A stretch of 64,000 bases of DNA from positions 36,084,001 through 36,148,000 of the forward strand of contig NC_134468.1 in assembly GCF_964194025.1 (NCBI RefSeq), in the 5' to 3' direction. The translations under genes were made by a program, and so were the position numbers. Below the pieces are notes generated by a model. It did not search any database. It was not told the DNA's origin and was given only the letters and a program-made list of their open reading frames with translations. Shown here in pieces: positions 1-9,800 of the stretch (its first letter is position 1; the number at the start of each line of letters is the position of its first letter). Source of the stretch: Convolutriloba macropyga. Taxonomy: Eukaryota.

Positions 1-874
1 GTTAAGGATATAGATAATGTTAATGATAATGTTAATGATAATGATAATGATAATGATAATGTTAATGATAATGATAATTATAAAGATAATGATAATGATG
101 ATAAAGATAATTTTATATATCAGGGAACCTGCTTGGCAGATCTATTTGATGAAAAACATGATGAAACATGGCAAGCCAAGCCTTATCAGAAGGGTAAACC
201 TATTAACAATAGTCCTACTAACAATATTTCTGTAAATATAAATGAAGATCTACAATCATGGCTAAATGATGATGATATAATTACTGAAGCCACATTCCCA
301 GATAATTTTAGATGTATAATATCTGGTCCTAGTGAATGTGGTAAAACATTCTTATTATAAAGCTAATTCTAGCTAGTATATATTTTGATAGCTATACATC
401 ATTGGACCTTTTAGTGATCAATACAATGGATTAGAAAGAATAAACCCAAAAGCAATTATAGAACTTTTTAAAGATATAAAAGATTCATCATCTCCTGATA
501 AACTACCCAAAGACTTAAAGAAACTAAAGATATTCGATGATAATAGAGCCAAAGGACCAGTTATTAATGAATACTTTTGTAGAGGTAGACATAATAATTG
601 TAATATGATATATCTTATTCAAAATCTATTCACAATAGATAGGCAGAGTGTTAGAGAGAATTCTAATCTATTTATTTTATTTGAACAAAGAGGTAAAGTC
701 CTCATATCTATATATCAAGATTTCTTTAATAACGTTGAACATAGTTATAAGGATTTTGCTAATAAATGTAATAAGGTATGGAAAGAGCCATATAATTATA
801 TTGTCATTGATAAAACTAAAAATAAAAATATTAATGGTAAACGAAGAATTAATTGGCATCGGAGAGTTTTGTAG
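1..874 (+). pseudogene. A32/FtsK-like genome packaging ATPase, disrupted
   Basis: Frame 1 is open from base 1 (DN-rich tract), with Walker A IISGPSECGKT, then TAA at 358-360 and frameshifts. Downstream are Walker B-like KIFDD, RGRHNNCNMIYLIQNLF and VREN (ORF 605-874). Confidence 0.88.
14..110 (+). repeat. (GATAAT)n-like microsatellite encoding an Asp/Asn tract
   Basis: gataatgttaatgataatgataat... in frame with the ATPase N-terminus. Confidence 0.85.
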
Positions 875-883
875 TTATTTATG

Positions 884-1216
884 TTTAATTATAATTAATA
901 ACTATACTAATCTGTGAATATTGTGTTAGGGATTGTACATGTTTTCTAAATATTTCTTTAGTATATTTATGGAGATTTGTACATAACTTACAATAGAATT
1001 GATTAAATCTATACTGAGAGATATGTTTATATACTTTACACTTTCTACATGTTAGATATTGATCGGGATTATTAAAATGTTCTAGTAAATGATCATGTTT
1101 ATCTCCATATGTTAAAATTCTATTACATACAAAACATTGATATGGTTTACCCTGACACCAATTAAAACTCTGACCCCAGGACTTATTTTACAATCATCAC
1201 ATTTAATACTAAACAT
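884..1216 (-). pseudogene. Small Cys/His-rich zinc-finger protein, one frameshift (not in ORF track)
   Basis: Manual translation: MFSIKCDDCK/(fs)KSWGQSFNWCQGKPYQCFVCNRILTYGDKHDHLLEHFNNPDQYLTCRKCKVYKHISQYRFNQFYCKLCTNLHKY... One C2H2 finger plus several CxxC pairs. Confidence 0.7.
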
Positions 1217-1382
1217 TTTTTAAGGAAAAAATATTAATTCAAACTTGTTATGATTATAATAAAACAAGGCTTTGCATAGCTGGTTAGACCAGATCAACGA
1301 AGTTGTTAACACAAATGGGTCTTCGACCTGCTAACTATGTTAGATCAACGAAGTTGTTAATACAAATGCAAAGTAAAACTTA

Positions 1383-2120
1383 TTACATCGCCATTAAATT
1401 TATAGGTCTTCCATGCTCATCTTTAATATGAAATTCTATAGATTCTATTCTATCTTTAGTTACATTTTGATACAAGATATTAGTTCGTATAATATTTATC
1501 AAGTAACCTGGTGGTTCTGTTAGAGTAAAAGTATATAGTATGTCAGTGTTATTCCCATTATCTTTAACACCAGATATCACATTACAATGAATGTTAATAG
1601 TACTCAAACCCATAATATCAACAATTTTCTGAGATGTATTTTTACCTTTTTTATAAACTATTTTTCTAAATCCTAGTAATGGGGCTATTGAGTTTTCTAT
1701 GTCAAAGTTAATTGCACCTTGTTTTACTTCCATTAAACTTTTCATTGTACTCTTATCAGATTCTATTATAACATTACCATTAGTTTCTTCTTTTATTAGT
1801 TCTGCTATTTCGAATAATTCATATGCTCCTGGTATAATAGCTGAAATACGGGTATCTGGCCATGTTGGGGAACCAGGGCCGTAGGCCCCTTCACCTTGGG
1901 TATCATATAAGAATTGATTGTTCCTTCTATTCACATTAAACACCGTATTATAAACAGATTAAACTAATTAAACCTAATTTTGACGAGTTAAGTATAGGTT
2001 TACTAAAATAAACTTTTCTGTTGGCTTTATCATTCGAAAGTTAAGTGTATGCTCTTCTTTAGTTTAAGTTAAAGCTTCATGTATATTTTGTATTTCCCTT
2101 AAGATTAAATTGTCTGTCAT
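1383..2120 (-). pseudogene. Minor capsid (penton-like) protein, disrupted at the 5' end
   Basis: ATG at 2120 (MTDNLILREIQ...), then a stop and frameshifts, then YNTVFNVNRRNNQF..IIPGAYEL..APLLGF..INIHCNVISG..NG..DILYTF..EPPGYLI..IKDEHGRPI. This pattern is typical of Polinton minor capsid proteins. Confidence 0.8.
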
Positions 2121-2136
2121 TTTTTATCTAATAAAA

Positions 2137-3297
2137 ATGGACTTTAATTTGGATACAACTTATGGTTATAATAATGATATACACAAAAGTAAGATTATAA
2201 AAAATAAAACAAATAATCTGGCAACAATGAATACAATCAATACTAACATTAATATCATTCTCAATAGAGAAGAGAATCATTTAAATTTGCTTGATTCATA
2301 TCTAGAGATAGAGTTTGTTTTATCAGATGATGCTGGTGGTGTATTTGCTAATGATGCTAATATCAGATTAGTTAATTATGGTATGATGGCATTGTTTAGT
2401 TCAGTTAAGCTTGAAACTAGTGGTGGTAGGACTATTGAAGATATAGATCATTGTCATCCTAATCTATTGATGTATAAGTTATTAACGAGTACTATTGATG
2501 AATATGAGAGTGGTTTTTTAGAAATCAAGGCAATAGAGATCGTCAACTTAAAGGTGATCATATTGCTGCACAACGAGGTCATATGTGTACGATGATTAAG
2601 ATGAGTGATCTATTTGGTTTCGTAAATGATTTAGAAAAGATTATATATGGTTTAGGATTTAAACTAATATTAAAAAGAAATAATAATGATAGAGCTCTAT
2701 ATAGAGTTAATGCTAATCCTGGTGCAGTTGCTAATGATTGTAATATAGATATTCAAGATATATCATTGTGTGTACCTAGTATTGATCCTAATAATGACAA
2801 TAGAATTATTGTGCAAAATCGTTTAAGTAAAAAGAATAATGTAGACTTTAGTTATTATGAAGGAAAGACATTTTATAAGAAAGCACCCAATGCTACTAAC
2901 TTCTTGTTTGATCTAGGTATGGAAAGTGGGATGGAAAGACCACAATATATAATAGTTGGTTTTAAAAATAATAATGTTAATGAACAAACTCATGATGCAA
3001 GTACATTTGATATAATGAATGTTACTGAATGTTATTGTAAGATTGGTAGCGAGTTTTATCCTGAGGAGAGAATGAGTATTAATTATGGTACCAATAATTA
3101 AAATGTGGCCTTTAAAGAGATTTCTAGCTTTGATGAAGATTATAATGGGCTACCACATAATATAAAACCATATAAAAATCATTAAACATTCAAAAGTAAT
3201 TGCAGTTGCCAATGTTATATGTCATGCATTAGTATTAATTAGAAAGGTTATTAGCGTGAATAGTGATAGTAATAAGATGGTTGATGTTATATCATAA
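2137..3297 (+). pseudogene. Major capsid protein (double jelly-roll, hexon-like), frameshifted
   Basis: ORFs 2110-2595 and 2583-3101 join by a frameshift: LLDSYLEIEF, NYGMMALFSSVKL, LFGF..DLEKIIYG..FKLILKR, ERPQYIIVGF, STFD, IGSEFYP. C-terminus VICHALVL...KMVDVIS* ends at 3297; probable internal deletion near 3200. Confidence 0.85.
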
Positions 3298-3333
3298 TTA
3301 TAATTATCTGCAAAGCAGTTCCTGATAACTATT

Positions 3334-3522
3334 TCATACTTGTCTTAACAAAACCCTAGCATAAATAATGTCTAGTTTCTTTTTATTCTCTAGAGATAAG
3401 CCTCCAGCTTCAAGCTTAATCTTAGCCTTGGGCCTAACCTTCGAGCTTCGCTCGCGGGCGGAACCCGTAGGCTTAGGTTTAGGCTTAATAACAAAAAAAG
3501 GATTATACTTTTTGACTTCCAT
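3334..3522 (-). CDS. Small basic viral protein (62 aa, KPKPKP), function unknown
   Basis: Intact ORF with an A-rich start context, divergent from the 3541 gene; Lys/Arg rich. Confidence 0.5.
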   Translation of the reverse strand: MEVKKYNPFFVIKPKPKPTGSARERSSKVRPKAKIKLEAGGLSLENKKKLDIIYARVLLRQV

Positions 3523-3540
3523 TATTTTTTATATGTAGAA

Positions 3541-3947
3541 ATGAGTCTTTTACAGAAATTTAAAACGAATTTATATTGTGTTGGAGGTAGACATTATAGT
3601 GATACTAATAACATAATAGGTTTTATTACTTCAAAAGTTTCTAAAATGTTAAAGGATAAATGTGTTAACTGTAAGAGAAAAAAGTCAATGACTGTTAGTG
3701 ATGCAACAATAGAAGCAGAGGGATTGAAAGTGTTGGTAGGGCTACAGTTAACTTTGGAGTGAAGGTTGCCAATAATCCAGTAAGAGCATTAGAAATAGCA
3801 AGTAAAATAGGAAGTGCAGCTGCATCTAGAATCCCTAGAGCTGCTTTATCAACCACACCTGATTTAATTAAATTTGCAACTACTGGTGAAGGCATAAAGG
3901 TAGTACAAAAAGGAAGAGGGTTATACTTAGGTACTAAGCAGAGCTAA
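3541..3947 (+). pseudogene. Putative virion core/precursor protein, one frameshift
   Basis: ORFs 3541-3762 and 3759-3947 join near EAEGLK. N-terminal YC..GRH / CVNCKRKKS Cys cluster, an Ala-rich amphipathic segment and C-terminal QKGRGLYL resemble the GxGL motifs of Polinton core proteins. Confidence 0.6.
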
Positions 3948-4062
3948 TTATTTGATTATGATTATGATTATTTTATGTTTATATTTATGTTTATGATTAT
4001 GATTAAGTTATATTTATGATTATGATTATGATTATGATTATTTTTATATTTTGTTTATGATT
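3945..4062. repeat. (ATTATG)n-like microsatellite between convergent genes
   Basis: gattatgattatgattat... tracts. Confidence 0.85.
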
Positions 4063-4719
4063 ATCGATCTGCGAAGCAGGTTCCCTGATCGGTGTAACCG
4101 TTTCGCTGATAAATATTAATACTAATATTATTATTACTAAACATACTATTATTACTAAACACCAATAACTTTGGCTTAAAAAAATACTCAGTTTGTTTTT
4201 CTTGTTCTTCTTATATTCTTCATATACATTGACTAATTCATTATACTCATCATTATCTATTTTATTATCATTCATTGATTTACTATATAGTCTATTAAAA
4301 TTATCGCTAAACTGTTTACTTAAAATATACATTTGTGAATATTGTATATTTTTATTTCTAACTTTAATATTAATTGTTTTTGATAATGAACCACAAACAG
4401 TTGCTGGAGCAAAAACTGTTGGTATAGAATAGGGTAATCCTATACCTGTTAATGCAACTGATGTTGATGTTGCAGTTGTTGCTATAGATGATAGTACTAT
4501 TTCTGTTATCTCTGCTACGTTAATATAATTCTTATATCTAATTAACTTCTTATTATAGTTATTAGTTTCAGTTTCATAATAATTTCTAATATCTTTTATA
4601 ATGTTAATATTGTTGTTAAAATTATTATTAGCTTGGATTTTTCCATTTATGTATTGTTCACTAACGGTTGACAAGTTGGGATATAGTAATCTCTCACTCG
4701 GTGCTGTTGGGTTAGTCAT
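4003..4719 (-). CDS. Polinton/adintovirus membrane-associated coiled-coil protein (resembles the family annotated as gasderminX)
   Basis: N-terminal PTAP and LYPNL, a central hydrophobic hairpin (IVLSSIATTATSTSVALTGIGLPYSIPTVFAPATVCGSLS) and SKSMNDNKIDNDEYNELV. The last ~55 aa run into low-complexity DNA and may be read-through. Confidence 0.65.
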   Translation of the reverse strand: MTNPTAPSERLLYPNLSTVSEQYINGKIQANNNFNNNINIIKDIRNYYETETNNYNKKLIRYKNYINVAEITEIVLSSIATTATSTSVALTGIGLPYSIPTVFAPATVCGSLSKTINIKVRNKNIQYSQMYILSKQFSDNFNRLYSKSMNDNKIDNDEYNELVNVYEEYKKNKKNKLSIFLSQSYWCLVIIVCLVIIILVLIFISETVTPIREPASQIDNHKQNIKIIIIIIIIINIT

Positions 4720-4732
4720 AGTTTCAGTTATT

Positions 4733-5458
4733 TTATTTCGTAAAAATTCTTTCTATTTCTTTCGTCATATCTTCTTGTTTAAAACCATAATGCATCTCAA
4801 GCCTTGCTTGCTCTTTATTATCAACTGACGTACTTCGTAAAATTTTAACAATTATATATTGTACTATTGTCCTTTTATTCTTTAAAAGGGCTTCGTCTAG
4901 AAAAAAATTTGTGTTTTTATTAACTTCTTTAAATTCTTTTAGCCCAGTAGTAAACATTTCATCTCGTTGTATTTTAGTGATATTCTGATTAATTTTATTA
5001 TTATCAATCTCTAGTTTCAGTTGATTATATTTAGAGATAGTATCAGCAGCAAATTTATTACAAAACTTAACAGTGTTTGTGACTTCATTTGCTGATTTAA
5101 TAAATTCTGTAATTAGTTCTTCATTAACTTGTGTTTCATTTAGTTGTAATGTTTTAGTTGTAACTTTATCAAAGTCACCCTTTCTTAGTTCAGTTATGTT
5201 TCTACTTAAAATGTCTATTTTATTAGAAGAGGATAATAAGTTACTGTCACAATACTCTTTATTAACAACATCTTTTTCATCTATCGGAGGATGTACATTT
5301 GTAATTTTATAGGTATCCTTCATATCAATATTATCATTATCTTCTAGGAATAACCCAACAGCCTTACTTGGTGTTAAGTTGTTTGTTGATGTTGATATTG
5401 ATCCGAGAAGCGGGTTCCCCGATTGATGTTTAGCTTGATTGAATCTATTTCTTGTCAT
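4733..5458 (-). CDS. Fibre/adhesin-like protein with neck motif and coiled coil
   Basis: IDMKDTYKITNVHPPIDEKDVVNKEYCD matches the DM..kItNl..P....DavnK.YvD motif of phage tail fibres and trimeric adhesin necks; a heptad-rich region follows. Confidence 0.6.
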   Translation of the reverse strand: MTRNRFNQAKHQSGNPLLGSISTSTNNLTPSKAVGLFLEDNDNIDMKDTYKITNVHPPIDEKDVVNKEYCDSNLLSSSNKIDILSRNITELRKGDFDKVTTKTLQLNETQVNEELITEFIKSANEVTNTVKFCNKFAADTISKYNQLKLEIDNNKINQNITKIQRDEMFTTGLKEFKEVNKNTNFFLDEALLKNKRTIVQYIIVKILRSTSVDNKEQARLEMHYGFKQEDMTKEIERIFTK

Positions 5459-5479
5459 CTTTGTATTTGTTTACAGAAA

Positions 5480-6464
5480 TTACAGAATTATACCTAATGA
5501 TTCCAAAACCTTATTATTAGATTCAAAGTCAAACTCGGAATTTAATAGTTCATGTTCATAAAATTTACCTTCTAATATCTCTCCATTAATATCTTCTATT
5601 TTATATGTTGGTGGTTGTGTTTTGAGAACTTAAACAGTTATTAACTTTAAACAGTTCTCTATTCCGATTAGAAATGTAACCTTTAGAGAAGATATTACGT
5701 TTATCTGCATTTCTAACTTAATCACCAACTTTAATATTGGGTTTAGTATTCCTATAAATGAATGAGTATTTAACGTTATCAGGATTATTAGAAGCATCAG
5801 CAGGTGTCATATTAATTGTTGAATGAATGTTATTGTTATATGTTACAACAGCATCATTTAATACATTTACCCAATTACCATCACCATTGATGAACATAGG
5901 TTTATTTATTATATGTAACAATTTTCTTTTGAATATCTCTATAAACACAGCCTTTAAATCACTATAAGTAGAATATAGTTTTGTTTCATATTCTTTAAGT
6001 AAAGATTTAAATGTTTTATTGTAAAACTCACTACCTCTGTCTACCCATAACTTTTCTGGTTTTCTACTTTCACTTAATACTATTTTAAAACCATTAGTTA
6101 TAGATAATTCAGATTTATTCTCCAATGGAATAGCCCATGCATATTTTGTGAATCGATCTATAACAGTTAATATAAACTTATAATTTTTATTGTATTTACT
6201 TAGAGATGACTTATCAACTAAATCAGCTCACCATGTTTCATCTTTATATAATGGTATTATTCTTTCTCTTCTAAACTATGTTATTTGAGGACTGAATATT
6301 TCTATAGCTAGTAATTTTTGTTTAGTTTTAATCGTGTCTTGTTTACTTGTGGATATAGTCATCTGCGAAGGGGCTCCGCCCTTGGTTCCCCAAGCGGGTT
6401 CCCTGATGGACGTAGTCATAGCTTTGCTCATCTGTGAAACAGCTTCCTTGATAACTTTGTCCAT
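5480..6464 (-). pseudogene. Retroviral-type (rve) DDE integrase, disrupted
   Basis: ETW*ADLVDKS..YKFILTVIDRFTKYAWAIPL..KPEKLWVDRGSEFYNK..KAVFIEIF..YNNNIHSTINMTP..KVGD*VR..FSKGY..PPTYKIED..GKFYEHEL. In-frame stops present; no chromodomain seen. Confidence 0.92.
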
Positions 6465-6469
6465 TTTTG

Positions 6470-6846
6470 TTTATATAACATAGTTTAAAAAAAATTATCT
6501 AGTTGCTCTTGATTAATAATATACATAGATAATAGTTGCTTAGATATATCTAGCATTTCATCATATAATCCATCATGACCAGCTTTTGTTTCTAGTATTA
6601 ATAATTCTAGTCTTTCTATTAAATTATTTGGGTCCAAATAGTGGCGCAACTTGGGGAACCAAGGGCAGAACCCCTTCGTTGGTTGGCTTTGCTAAGACCA
6701 CTAGCTTCTATTTGTTTATCAGTCTCATAATCGGTGTAACCGCTTCGCAGATCAATCTCATAATCAGTTTCTTCTTCTTTTTCTACTATCCCTTGTTCAT
6801 TGGAAGTGAGAAAGCTCAATCTAGTTCCACTAGCATGGCGGTCCAA
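6470..6846 (-). pseudogene. C-terminal part of a conserved uncharacterised Polinton protein
   Basis: After a frameshift it reads YLDPNNLIERLELLILETKAGHDGLYDEMLDISKQLL, matching the DPNxLxxRLxLL...AG(N/H)...E...I motif recurrent in Polinton ORFs. Confidence 0.65.
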
Positions 6847-9800
6847 ATGTTACAAAATAAAAAACAAACCAAGGGAAGAAATCAAACCAGTAGATAAGGA
6901 AAGACAAATTAGAAAAATCTTTAGAATCAATCAGAAAGTTTAATTGTGTAAATGAAGAAATAAAGGAGTCGTATGATAAACAGGATGCAAAATTAAAACA
7001 AAGAGAAGATATGCGTGAGTCATTGCGAAAGGCTGAAGCAAAATATTTTCCAGATTTAGATCAATCTAAAGACTTAGATCAATCTAATGACTTAGATCAA
7101 TCTAAAGATTCAGATTTAGACTCATATTCATCCGATGATTTTGTCTAGGTCCAAAAGCCTAAAACAAATAAGATTAGATGTGAAGAATGTGATGAAGAGA
7201 TAACTCGAAAGAATTATAACAGACACATTCAATCGCTTAAACCTAAAAAAAGAATGAGCGATTATATAATAGAAATAAAATCATTGAGAGTGCTAATGAG
7301 GATGGAATAAAAGTTACTAATGACGATGTAGAACAAAAGTTGGATGAGCAGTATCCTGAACTAGATGGAATAAAGTTTTGTGATAGTTGTGATATGTATC
7401 TTGATAGTAATACTGCTTATGATAATCATGTGACAACATTAAAACATAGGAATAATGTAAGATTGGTTAATGGGGAAATAGTAAAGAACGGGAGTAAGTT
7501 TGATTTTGCGATATGCAAGACAAGTCTGAGTCAATATAGCGTGTATCAACAATTAAAAACAAAGATGCATATGGATAATGCTAATCTACGAAGCGGTTTC
7601 ACCGATGGTAAAGATCTGTGAAGCAGTTTAACTGATAAGGATATAGATAAGGATATAACTAAGGATAATATGGCCGATGGATATTGCAATAAATGTAATA
7701 ATAGATATAACAATAAAAATGAACACAATGAATCAGATGCACATAAGGAAAATGTTAATCAGAAAAAACTTGTTGATGGGAAGTGGCGAGATAAAGTTAA
7801 TGAGTTAGGATTAGATCATAACATGAAGCATAATCAAATAATAATAACTAGTAGTAATTATGAAGATCCTCAATTCTTAAATATACTGGAGTCATTGCAT
7901 AGCATACATCCCCATATTAAGTTTAACACCTTCGATGTAGTTAAGTATACAAAACCTACAGATGATAAGTTAGAAGAAAACGAATTCACTTTTAGGTTAA
8001 TGACAAGGCAATATAATGGTGCACATAACTTGGGTTTATTGAATGGGGAACTTGAGTCGAGAATGCAGGAGCAAGAGATGAATCAATTTGGATGGAGCAT
8101 GCAACGATTTGTTAAAAGGACAATGTATATTCACAGGTTTTATCCAAGTGGTGGATGTGATACTGAGTTACCATTCACGTCTATATATGAATACTTAATA
8201 TACATAATACTGATAATAAGTGTCTGCTATGGTGTCTAATTCCTTATCTACATCCTGCATCACGTGATCCAAATAGAGTTAATAGAGTAAATAAAATAAA
8301 CCTGAATATATTAATGAGTTAAAATTACCAAATTTGGGTTATACCCCCATATGATTATTATTACTTAAAGAAAATACAAGAACTAAATAAAGATAAAATA
8401 TTATTTAATGTGTTTAATCTAAATAAAAATAAAACTTTTAATCCTGTATTAATTAATCATAATGATCCTAAAAGATTAAATATATTATACTGGGATAATC
8501 ATTACTTCCTATGTAGAGATGTATCATTCTTATTAAGAAAATCATCTAAACATATATGTTATCCATGTCTGGAATATTGTGTATCATTTAGAACAGAAGA
8601 TGGATCAAATAAACATTTGGATTTATGTAATAGACAAAAACATATAGGTAGAAGAATTTTCCAAAGATGATTACCTAAATTTTGATAAGTTCCATTATAA
8701 GAATAGAGTACCATTTGCTATGTATTATGATTTTGAATGTAGAATAAAAGATGGTAAACACTTACCTATTGCTTGTGGTTTATATATAAAAAATGACTAT
8801 CCTGATATATTAAAAGATAATTATGAAAGTTATTCCGGTGAAGATATAGTTGATTGGTTTGTGGAAAGAGTAGATTATTATAATAAATTATTTAAAAATA
8901 ATTTTAGTATAAATATTCCACTTAATGAAGATACTATTACTCCACTCACTAATATGTGTTACTATTTTAATGGGAACTTCGGTGAACACGTCGTTAGAGA
9001 TCATGATCATCTAAATGGTAAATTCAGAGGTTATGCTCACAACAAATGTGACCTCCAAGCTAAGAATACAATCGTACCAATATATGCATTTAATTCTTCT
9101 AATTAGGTTAATCATCTATTTATAACTAAACTAGCAAAGAAGATTAGACTTAAAGTATTAACTAAAACTGATGAGAATTATATTAGTATTGATATGGGTT
9201 ATGCTAAAGCATTAGATATGTTTAGGTTCTTCCATCAACTTAGCTTAGATGCTATAAGTAAAACATTGAGTAATGAAGAATGTATAACATTAAAAAAAAT
9301 GTGGCTTAGAAAGACGTAAAGGTATATTCCCATATGAATGGTTTGATAGTATAGATAAACTAAATGAAACAACATTACCACCTAAGGAAGCATTCTGTTC
9401 TAAGTTGAAACAAATTGGTTTTACAGATAAAGAATATAAGCAAGCAATTGATTGTTGGAAAGATACTAAATGTGAGACAATAAAAGATTATATGAGGTTA
9501 TATCTTAAAACAGATGTATTGTTATCACTTGATGTATTTCAGAAATTTAGAGCAATTTGTTTAGAATATTATGAAATAGATCCATGTTACACATATTCTA
9601 CTCCTGGGTTAAACTGGTTGTGTGGAATGAAATATACTAATGTTAGACTTAAGTATTATAAAGAGAATACAGTTAATATTTATGATACAATACAACACGG
9701 TATAAGAAGTGGGCTAGCTTCAGTATTAGGTGATTGTCATGTAAAATATAAAAATAAAGAAATAGAACCTGAGTATACAGGGAAAGAGAATTATCTAAAA

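Noticed and set aside
17-235. 72-aa Met/Ile-rich ORF
   Set aside because: Alternative frame of the GATAAT microsatellite; the ATPase uses frame 1.
3415-3490. TTAGGC/TTAGG telomere-like repeats
   Set aside because: Only a few imperfect units, explained by Lys-Pro codons of the minus-strand ORF.
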